From: Gammaproteobacteria bacterium
Lineage (GTDB): Bacteria > Pseudomonadota > Gammaproteobacteria > JAJPIJ01
Assembly: GCA_022071965.1 (NCBI GenBank)
Contig: JAJVIQ010000021.1
Location: 152,423-216,422, forward strand
Reading direction: 5' to 3'
Length of the DNA stretch: 64,000 nucleotides
A model generated the notes under the pieces. It worked only from the letters and a program-made list of their open reading frames with translations, was not told the origin of the DNA and searched no databases. Below are positions 57,006 through 64,000 of this stretch, piece after piece (the stretch's first letter is position 1; every line of letters begins with the position of its first letter). Position numbers and translations under genes: made by a program.

Positions 57006-58280
57006 TCAGCCCGCGCCGGCCGCGCGCTGCGGCTCGGCATCCGCCGCCTGCATTCGCCGCGTGAACCTCCGGGCGACGTAGTCATCGACGATCCGCTGGA
57101 ACTCCTCGGCGATGTGCTCGCCCCGCAGGGTCATGGCCTTTTGTCCGTCGATGAACACCGGTGCGGCCGGGGCTTCGCCCGTCCCGGGCAGGGAAATGCC
57201 GATGCTGGCGTGCTTGCTTTCTCCGGGACCGTTCACCACGCAACCCATGACGGCCAGCGTCATGTCCTCGACCCCGATATAGCGTTCGCGCCAGATCGGC
57301 ATCTGGCCGCGCACGTAGGCCTGGATGTTGTTGGCCAGTTCCTGGAACACCGTGCTGGTAGTGCGGCCGCAGCCGGGGCAGGCGGTGACCAGCGGCACGA
57401 ACGAGCGCAGTCCCATGGTCTGCAGTATCTCCTGGGCGACGATGACCTCGCGCGCGCGATCGCCGTTGGGCTCCGGCGTGAGCGAGATGCGAATGGTGTC
57501 GCCGATGCCCTGCTGCAGCAGCACGGCAAGCGCCGCCGTGGAGGCGACGATGCCCTTCGAGCCCATGCCTGCCTCGGTCAGACCCAGGTGCAGCGCGTGA
57601 TCGCAGCGCCCGGCGAGCTCGCGATACACGGCGATCAGTTCCTGCACGCCGCTGACCTTGCAGGACAGGATGATCTTGTCGCGCGACAGACCGATCTCCT
57701 CGGCCTTGGCGGCGCTCGTCAGCGCGGAGACGACCAGCGCCTCGCGGGTGACGTCAGCCGCATCCTTCGGTTCGGAGAGCTTCGCATTGTCGTCCATCAT
57801 CCGTACGACGAGCTCCTGGTCGAGGCTGCCCCAATTCACGCCGATGCGCACCGGTTTGTCGTACTTGATCGCCTGCTCGATCATGGTGGCGAACTGCCGG
57901 TCCTTTTTCTTGCCGAAACCGACATTGCCGGGATTGATGCGATACTTGGCGAGTGCCTCGGCGCAGGCCGGGTACCTGGTGAGCAGCAGATGGCCGTTGT
58001 AGTGGAAGTCGCCGATGATGGGTACCCGACAGCCCACCGATTCGAGCAGGTCGCGAATGCGCGGCACGGCGTCCGCGGCCTCGTCGGTGTTGACGGTGAT
58101 GCGCACCAGCTCCGAACCCGCGGCGGCGAGCTGCTGGATCTGCCTGGCGGTGCCGACGGGGTCGGCCGTGTCGGTGTTGGTCATCGATTGCACGACGACG
58201 GGGGCCTCGCCGCCGACCACGACGGCGCCGATCTTGACGCCGACACTATGCCGGCGCGTCGACTGATGCTCGGATGCGGA
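57006..58280 (-). CDS. ispG: 4-hydroxy-3-methylbut-2-enyl-diphosphate synthase
   Basis: The sequence includes '[12 protein letters not shown]', 'RITVNT' and '[16 protein letters not shown]'. There is a ~35-aa C-terminal extension. The start was chosen at MSASEHQ. Confidence 0.9.
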   Translation of the reverse strand, partial: SASEHQSTRRHSVGVKIGAVVVGGEAPVVVQSMTNTDTADPVGTARQIQQLAAAGSELVRITVNTDEAADAVPRIRDLLESVGCRVPIIGDFHYNGHLLLTRYPACAEALAKYRINPGNVGFGKKKDRQFATMIEQAIKYDKPVRIGVNWGSLDQELVVRMMDDNAKLSEPKDAADVTREALVVSALTSAAKAEEIGLSRDKIILSCKVSGVQELIAVYRELAGRCDHALHLGLTEAGMGSKGIVASTAALAVLLQQGIGDTIRISLTPEPNGDRAREVIVAQEILQTMGLRSFVPLVTACPGCGRTTSTVFQELANNIQAYVRGQMPIWRERYIGVEDMTLAVMGCVVNGPGESKHASIGISLPGTGEAPAAPVFIDGQKAMTLRGEHIAEEFQRIVDDYVARRFTRRMQAADAEPQRAAGAG

Positions 58281-58443
58281 CATGAGCGAGATCCTGGAAA
58301 AAACCGAGATTGCCTGCAACGGGCACGATCATTGTGCGCTGCAAGGGCGCCAGTCTAGCAGATGCCGGCCAGCATCGCAGGCAGGCCGCCCGGGCCGGCT
58401 CGCCCATGCCGCCATGGGTGTCCGCCAGGTGTGGGGCAATCTC

Positions 58444-59076
58444 ATGCGCTCGAGCGGCGGCGGGTGCGCGCTGCGGCTGGGCGCCGGCATACTCGCGGGG
58501 GCCCTGGCCGCGGCCGGGGACCTCGGGGCCGCCATGCAGGACGCGGTGGCGGAGGACTACCCGGTGCCGCGGCACGGGGAGCTCAGGCTGCAGGTACCTG
58601 CGCATTGGCAGGTCAGGTACGTCTATGTCGAGGACGGAAGCCGGCCACCCGGCTTTCGCGTATTTCCGCTGGAGGGCTCGGACTTCGACATGTCGATGAC
58701 CGTGTACTGGCATGACGGTATGGACCAGGACATCACCAGTGCGGAGTCCCTGCGCGCACGGGTTGAGCAGGCCGGTGCGGAGGCCATCAAGTCCTCCACC
58801 GACCAGCGCCTCGCGGTCGTGCCACTGGCAGGCGCCGGAGGTCCGGGTTTTCTGTATGACCTTCAGGACGCCGCGGCCGCTGCGGGTGACTACCATTATC
58901 TGACCCAGGGCGCGCTGGCCGTCGGAAGGCTCGTCCTGGTCTTCACCATCCTCACGGACGCGCGCCCGTCGCCGCATCGCGAAGCGTGCCTGGAGTTCCT
59001 CCGGGCGATCCGGCACATCCACACGCCGCACGGCGTCGGCGCCCGGGGCCGACCGGCGCGGCATATCGCCCTCTGA
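58444..59076 (+). CDS. Hypothetical secreted protein (signal peptide plus ~180-aa domain)
   Basis: The N-terminus 'MRSSGGGCALRLGAGILAGALAAAGDLGAA' looks like a signal peptide. Its stop lies 2 nt before the ROK-kinase ATG. The upstream part of the ORF-track ORF overlaps ispG and is rejected. Confidence 0.4.
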   Translation: MRSSGGGCALRLGAGILAGALAAAGDLGAAMQDAVAEDYPVPRHGELRLQVPAHWQVRYVYVEDGSRPPGFRVFPLEGSDFDMSMTVYWHDGMDQDITSAESLRARVEQAGAEAIKSSTDQRLAVVPLAGAGGPGFLYDLQDAAAAAGDYHYLTQGALAVGRLVLVFTILTDARPSPHREACLEFLRAIRHIHTPHGVGARGRPARHIAL

Positions 59077-59078
59077 CC

Positions 59079-59984
59079 ATGCGGATCGGCATCGATCTCG
59101 GCGGCACCAAGATCGAGCTCATCGCGCTGGAGGACGACGGGCGGGTCCTGACACGGACGCGCGTCGACACTCCGCGCGAGGGCTACCGCGCCGTGCTGGA
59201 AACCGTAGTGGCCCTGGTGCATGCTGCCGAGTCCGAATTGCAGCGGCAAGGTACGATAGGCATCGGAACGCCGGGCGTGATCTCGCCGGCCACCGGCCTC
59301 ATCAAGAACTCCAATTCGGTCTGCCTGAATGGCCAGCCGTTCGATCGCGACATCGCCGCGGCGCTGCGGCGTGAGGTGCGCGTTGCCAACGACGCAAACT
59401 GTTTCGCCCTCTCGGAGGCGACTGACGGGGCGGGCACGGGGGCCGCCGTGGTCTTCGGTGTCATCGTCGGCACGGGTGTCGGCGGCGGGGTCGTGGTGCG
59501 CGGCGGGTTGCTCTCCGGTCCGAACGCCATTGCCGGGGAATGGGGCCACAATTCCCTGCCCTGGCCGAGCTCGCAGGAGCTCCCCGGCCCGCAGTGCTAT
59601 TGCGGAAAGCGCGGTTGCATCGAGACGTTTTGCTCCGGACCCGCCCTCGCGCGAGATTTTGCCGCCGGGGCGCTGCCGGCGCTCACCGCCCGCGAGGTGG
59701 TTGCCGCCGCCGAGCAGGGCAGTGCATTGGCGGAGCAGGCCCTGCAGCGCTACGAGGAACGGCTCGCAAAGAGCCTCGCGAGCGTCATAAATGTCATCGA
59801 CCCGCACGTGATCGTGCTGGGCGGCGGTCTGTCCAATGTGCGGCGGCTCTATCACACGCTGCCCCGCTTGATCGCAAGGTACGCCTTCTCCGATCGTGTA
59901 TGCACGCCGATCGTCCCGGCGCGCTACGGCGATGCCAGCGGCGTGCGCGGCGCGGCTTGGCTATGGCCGGCATCACCGGGCTGA
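59079..59984 (+). CDS. ROK-family sugar kinase, Mak (manno/fructokinase)-like
   Basis: The sequence 'MRIGIDLGGTKIELIALEDDG..TPREGY' and 'GEWGHNSLPWP...CYCGKRGCIETFCSG' closely parallels E. coli Mak/YajF. Confidence 0.85.
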   Translation: MRIGIDLGGTKIELIALEDDGRVLTRTRVDTPREGYRAVLETVVALVHAAESELQRQGTIGIGTPGVISPATGLIKNSNSVCLNGQPFDRDIAAALRREVRVANDANCFALSEATDGAGTGAAVVFGVIVGTGVGGGVVVRGGLLSGPNAIAGEWGHNSLPWPSSQELPGPQCYCGKRGCIETFCSGPALARDFAAGALPALTAREVVAAAEQGSALAEQALQRYEERLAKSLASVINVIDPHVIVLGGGLSNVRRLYHTLPRLIARYAFSDRVCTPIVPARYGDASGVRGAAWLWPASPG

Positions 59985-60159
59985 CCGCCTGCCACCACGG
60001 CTGTTTCCCGTGCGCTTGCGTCCTGGTGAGGCCGCCGCAGGGTCTCTTCGTCGCGGGACAAAGGTAGGTAGTGTGAGTCCGATCACAACCACCTTTGCTG
60101 GAATAACTTACGCTTCCACCCAGGTGCCGATGGTTCATCGGCGGGTAGTTTGTGTGTGC

Positions 60160-60213
60160 GGGGCCGCTCGAGTTTTCCCTCCCCCCTACAAGCTTGGAGC
60201 GGCCCCTCTTTTG
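60160..60213 (+). terminator. Hairpin followed by a U-tract (terminator of the ROK-kinase transcript, or a leader element upstream of lspA)
   Basis: GGGGCCGCTC then a 27-nt loop then GAGCGGCCCC followed by TCTTTTG. Confidence 0.4.
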
Positions 60214-60300
60214 ATCTCCTGGGTGTGAGGTGACAGGGAATCTGCCGCCTTCGGTCTGCCTGAATGTGGGACCGACGCCGCGCCGTGCGAAAATCCCGTC

Positions 60301-60801
60301 ATGCTCCGAAAGGTATTCATCCGCATCCTGCTGCTCGGCCTGATCGCCCTGCCCGGAGTCGGCTGCGACCAGATGACCAAGGCCCTGGCACGCGACCATC
60401 TTGCCGGGCGACCCGCGATCTCCGCATTTCACGACGTCTTCCGCCTGCAGTACGCCGAGAACAGGGGCGCTTTCCTGAGTGCCGGCGCGCGGCTGGAGGA
60501 GACGACCCGGCAGCGGCTGTTGATTGGTGGATCCGCGGCGCTGACGGGACTCGTGGCCGTCTATCTCCTGTTCGCGCCAGGATTGTCGGTGGCGGCGATC
60601 GCTGGACTGGGCCTCGTCATCGCGGGTGGCATCGGCAACCTCGTGGATCGCGTCGCCAACGCGGGGAACGTCGTCGACTTCCTGAATGTCGGTCTCGGTC
60701 AGTGGCGCACCGGCATCTTCAATTTTGCCGATCTCTTTCTGACGATCGGTGTGCTCGTTGTACTGCTTGCTGACAGGCACCGCCCCCGGACGCCAGACTG
60801 A
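60301..60801 (+). CDS. lspA: Lipoprotein signal peptidase II
   Basis: The sequence includes 'DQMTKALA', 'YAENRGAFLS', 'GGIGNLVDRV', 'VVDFL' and 'FNFADLFLTIGV'. It is not adjacent to ileS here. Confidence 0.8.
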   Translation: MLRKVFIRILLLGLIALPGVGCDQMTKALARDHLAGRPAISAFHDVFRLQYAENRGAFLSAGARLEETTRQRLLIGGSAALTGLVAVYLLFAPGLSVAAIAGLGLVIAGGIGNLVDRVANAGNVVDFLNVGLGQWRTGIFNFADLFLTIGVLVVLLADRHRPRTPD

Positions 60802-60854
60802 GCGCTGGAGCCGGCGACGTGGAATGACCGCGCCGGGTCAACGACGCCGGTTCG

Positions 60855-62237
60855 TCACGCGAACCACGCAAGCTTCTCGTGCAGCCGCACGACCTCGCCA
60901 ACGATGAGCAGGCTGGGTGGTCGCACCTCGGCGGCGTTCACGATAGCGGGCATGGTGGTGAGCGTTCCGATGAGCACCCGCTGTTGCGGCATCGTGCCGC
61001 GCTCTATGAGGGCGGCCGGCATGTCCCGGCGCATGCCGTGGGCGATGAGGCCCTCGCACAAAGGCTCGACGCCGTGCACGCCCATGTAGATGGCGATCGT
61101 CTGGCGCGGCTGGACCAGCGCCTGCCAGTTCAGATCCATGCTGCCATCCTTCAGGCGCCCGGTCACGAACACGCAGGACTGGGCGAAGTCGCGGTGGGTG
61201 AGCGGTATGCCCGCATAGCTCGCGCAACCGGCGGCCGCGGTGATGCCGGGCACGACCTGGAACGGAATGCCGTCGGCGGAGAGTGTCTCGATCTCCTCCC
61301 CGCCCCGACCGAAGATGAAGGGGTCTCCGCCCTTCAGGCGCAGCACGCGGTGGCCTTCCCGGGCCAGGCGCGCGAGCAGCGCGTTTATCTCTTCCTGCGC
61401 CACGGTGTGCTGGCTGCGCTCCTTGCCGACATAGATCCGCCGGGCGTCCTTGCGTGTGAGCGCCAGCACCGGCTCCGCGACCAGCCGGTCGTACACGACG
61501 ACGTCGGCCTGCTGCATCAGGCGCAGGGCACGGAAGGTGAGCAGGTCGGGATCGCCCGGGCCACCGCCTACGAGGTAGACCTCGCCGGTGGCCGGAGGGT
61601 GTTCGCCGGCATTCGCCAGGGCGGCCTCCAGCGCCCGTTCCGCGGCGTGGTCCTGACCGGCGAAGAGCATCTCGGCCACGGGACCGTGCAGCACCTGTTC
61701 CCAGAATCGGCGGCGCTGCCGGCTCTCCGGGAACCGCGTCTTGGCGGCGGCGCGAAAGCGCGCCATGAGCTGCGCCAGGCGACCATAGGAGGCGGGGATG
61801 AGCGTTTCCAGCCGTGTCCGCAGCAGCCGGGCCAGCACCGGCGAGGCGCCACCCGTCGAGACCGCCACCTGCACGGGGTCGCGGTCGATGATCGAGGGCA
61901 TGATGAAGCTGCACAGGGCCGGATTGTCGACCACGTTGACGGGCAGCCGCCGCGCCTGGGCGAGCTGCGAGACGCGTTCATTGGCGGCGGCATCGCCGGT
62001 GGCGGCGTAGACGAGATGGCAGGTCTCGAGGTCCGCCGGTTCGAAGCCGCGCCCGAGCAGCCGCAGCCGGCCTTCGTCGGCCCAACCGGCGACCCTTGCA
62101 CAGACCTGCGGCGCGACGACCGTGATGCGGGCACCATAGCGCAGAAGCAGTTCGATCTTGCGCGCGGCGACGGCGCCGCCGCCGACGACCAGGCAGTCGC
62201 GGCCATTGATCTGCAGAAAGATCGGGAGCTGGTTCAT
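60855..62237 (-). CDS. cysG: Siroheme synthase (precorrin-2 dehydrogenase / ferrochelatase / uroporphyrinogen-III methyltransferase)
   Basis: The sequence includes 'INGRDCLVVGGGAVAARK' and 'VYLVGGGPGDPDLLTFRALRLMQQADVVVYD'. Confidence 0.9.
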   Translation of the reverse strand: MNQLPIFLQINGRDCLVVGGGAVAARKIELLLRYGARITVVAPQVCARVAGWADEGRLRLLGRGFEPADLETCHLVYAATGDAAANERVSQLAQARRLPVNVVDNPALCSFIMPSIIDRDPVQVAVSTGGASPVLARLLRTRLETLIPASYGRLAQLMARFRAAAKTRFPESRQRRRFWEQVLHGPVAEMLFAGQDHAAERALEAALANAGEHPPATGEVYLVGGGPGDPDLLTFRALRLMQQADVVVYDRLVAEPVLALTRKDARRIYVGKERSQHTVAQEEINALLARLAREGHRVLRLKGGDPFIFGRGGEEIETLSADGIPFQVVPGITAAAGCASYAGIPLTHRDFAQSCVFVTGRLKDGSMDLNWQALVQPRQTIAIYMGVHGVEPLCEGLIAHGMRRDMPAALIERGTMPQQRVLIGTLTTMPAIVNAAEVRPPSLLIVGEVVRLHEKLAWFA

Positions 62238-62309
62238 TCGGCCGCAATCGACGGGCAAGACAGGACTTATACTACCACCCATGCGAAAGAAGCTCGGATG
62301 AGGCGCGCG

Positions 62310-62552
62310 ATGTCGGACATCGTGGAATCTGTCGACCTGCAGCTGGATACCAGTGGCCTGAACTGCCCACTGCCGATCCTGAAGACCAAGAAGGCCCTGA
62401 GCACGATGCTCAGCGGTCAGCTAATCCGCGTCATGGCCACCGACCCCGCCTCGCGGATCGATTTCGCCGCGTACTGCGCCCAGACCGGCCACCAGCTGAT
62501 CGAGGAGTCCGCCGAGGACGGCCGATTCGTCTTCGTACTGCGCAAAAAGTGA
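62310..62552 (+). CDS. TusA-like sulfurtransferase (SirA/YedF/YeeD family)
   Basis: The CPxP motif is in 'LDTSGLNCPLPILKTKKAL'. The protein is 80 aa. It is divergent from cysG. Confidence 0.7.
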   Translation: MSDIVESVDLQLDTSGLNCPLPILKTKKALSTMLSGQLIRVMATDPASRIDFAAYCAQTGHQLIEESAEDGRFVFVLRKK

Positions 62553-62616
62553 GTGCCGGTTGCGCGCACCCGCCGGGGAGCCGGCCTGAGCGCCGCGGGC
62601 GCGAGGCCTCCCGGCC

Positions 62617-63180
62617 TCAGGTCTTCGGGAGAGTGACGCCCGTCTGGCCCTGGTACTTGCCGCCGCGATCCCGGTATGAGGTCTCGCAGGGCTCGTCGGA
62701 CTCGATGAAGATCACCTGCGCGCAGCCCTCGCCCGCGTAGATCTTCGCGGGCAGGGGAGTGGTGTTCGAGAATTCCAGGGTCACATGCCCCTCCCACTCC
62801 GGCTCGAGCGGCGTCACGTTGACGATGATGCCGCAACGCGCATAGGTCGACTTGCCGAGGCATATCGTCAACACGTTGCGTGGGATGCGGAAGTATTCCA
62901 CGGTGCGCGCCAGCGCGAAGGAATTCGGCGGGATGATGCAGACATCGCCTTGGAAGTCGACGAAGGATTTCTCGTCGAACGACTTCGGATCGACGATGGT
63001 GGAATTGATGTTGGTGAAGATCTTGAATTCCGGCGAGCAGCGGATGTCGTAGCCGTAGCTGGACGTGCCATAGGATACGATGCGATGGCCGTTCACCTGC
63101 CGCACCTGGTTCGGCTCGAACGGCTCGATCATCCCCCGCGCCGCCATGCGACGTATCCATTTGTCCGACTTGATGGTCAT
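62617..63180 (-). CDS. dcd: dCTP deaminase
   Basis: The sequence includes '[20 protein letters not shown]' and '[36 protein letters not shown]'. Confidence 0.9.
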   Translation of the reverse strand: MTIKSDKWIRRMAARGMIEPFEPNQVRQVNGHRIVSYGTSSYGYDIRCSPEFKIFTNINSTIVDPKSFDEKSFVDFQGDVCIIPPNSFALARTVEYFRIPRNVLTICLGKSTYARCGIIVNVTPLEPEWEGHVTLEFSNTTPLPAKIYAGEGCAQVIFIESDEPCETSYRDRGGKYQGQTGVTLPKT

Positions 63181-63240
63181 GGTGATGGCGTGCCGATCCA
63201 GGCGGGAGACTGCCCCGCGCGGCGCCGGCGATGCGCTCCG

Positions 63241-64000
63241 TCAGGTGTTCTGTATGACGATCTTGGGGAACCTGGCCGAATAGTCACGCCCGCGCAACGC
63301 GATCTTCCCCGCGACCCGCCGCGCGATGTCGCGGAACTCGAGCGCCACCTTCGACTGCGGTTCCAGCGCGACCGTGGGCCGGCCGTTGTCCACGCCCTCG
63401 CGGATGCGGATGTCCAGGGGCAGCGAGCCCAGCAGATCGATATTGTACTGCCGTGCCATGCTCGCGCCGCCGCCCTCGCCGAAGATATGCTCCTCGTGAC
63501 CGCAGTTCGAGCAAATGTGGGTGCTCATGTTCTCGACCACGCCGAGCACCGGCACCTGCACCTTCTCGAACATCTTGAGCGCCTTGCGGGCATCCAGCAG
63601 CGCGATGTCCTGCGGCGTGGTGACAATGACGGCGCCCGTGACGGGAATCTTCTGGCAGAGCGTGAGCTGTATGTCGCCCGTACCGGGCGGGAGATCGATC
63701 ACCAGGTAATCCACATCCCGCCAGCGCGTCTCGCGCAGCATCTGCTCCAGAGCCCCGGTGGCCATCGGGCCGCGCCAGATCATCGGCGTCTCCTCGTCCA
63801 CCATGTGGCCGATGGAGATGCACTGCACGCCGTAGCTCATCTTGGGTTCCATGCTCTTGCCGTCGGTCGACTCCGGCCGGCCATGCGCGCCCAGCATCCG
63901 CGGCTGGCTCGGTCCGTAGACGTCCGCGTCCAGCAGTCCCGCCTGCGCCCCTTCGGCCTGCAGGGCCAGCGCCAGGTTGACGGCGACCGTCGACTTGCCC
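63241..64000 (-). CDS. apbC: Fe-S cluster carrier ATPase ApbC/Mrp; the 5' end lies outside the window
   Basis: The sequence includes 'GKSTVAVNLALAL', 'VDYLVIDLPPGTGD' and 'CSNCGHEEHIFG'. The frame is open to the window end. Confidence 0.85.
   Translation of the reverse strand, partial: GKSTVAVNLALALQAEGAQAGLLDADVYGPSQPRMLGAHGRPESTDGKSMEPKMSYGVQCISIGHMVDEETPMIWRGPMATGALEQMLRETRWRDVDYLVIDLPPGTGDIQLTLCQKIPVTGAVIVTTPQDIALLDARKALKMFEKVQVPVLGVVENMSTHICSNCGHEEHIFGEGGGASMARQYNIDLLGSLPLDIRIREGVDNGRPTVALEPQSKVALEFRDIARRVAGKIALRGRDYSARFPKIVIQNT

Overview
This is a 64-kb chromosomal window at about 65-68% GC. It is densely coding and is read as a gammaproteobacterial chromosome segment because it carries the conserved lptD-surA-pdxA-rsmA block, apaG-apaH, ssb/uvrA, lgt-thyA-folA, mpl, ispG, cysG, dcd and apbC. 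Most genes are housekeeping genes. No rRNA, tRNA, CRISPR array, transposase or integrase was recognised. The long antisense Arg-rich ORFs in the six-frame track are ordinary high-GC artefacts.

Five stretches look accessory or unusual:

1. At 1-4745 there is a tandem pair of TLC-family (ATP/ADP-translocase-like) transporters. The second is fused to a HEAT-like soluble tail. A PF07399-like putative Na+/H+ antiporter follows.

2. At 29.4-42.9 kb there is a nitrogen/amine island. Two glnK-amt pairs flank a gmaS-mgsABC (gamma-glutamylmethylamide synthetase plus N-methylglutamate-synthase-like) operon with a PuuR-like regulator. Three tiny membrane-protein genes are translationally coupled to an EAT-family (ethanolamine-permease-like) transporter and a Usp gene. 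No N-methylglutamate dehydrogenase is present in the window.

3. There are three non-CRP cyclic-nucleotide-binding proteins. Two are paralogues with tandem cNMP domains plus a rhodanese domain; one of these rhodanese domains lacks its catalytic cysteine and is followed by a coiled-coil tail. The third has a cNMP domain plus an HDOD domain.

4. An orphan pgaC-pgaD pair sits behind a sharply AT-rich upstream element.

5. Several odd non-coding spots are present. A ~200-bp low-GC island between aroE and rsmA carries one perfect and one near-perfect DnaA box. A 715-bp intergenic region holds an oxidoreductase gene remnant. An imperfect tandem repeat lies at the degenerate 3' end of a DMT transporter gene.

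All family assignments come from motif and architecture recognition by eye. No database search was possible. Coordinates may be off by a few nucleotides at start codons.
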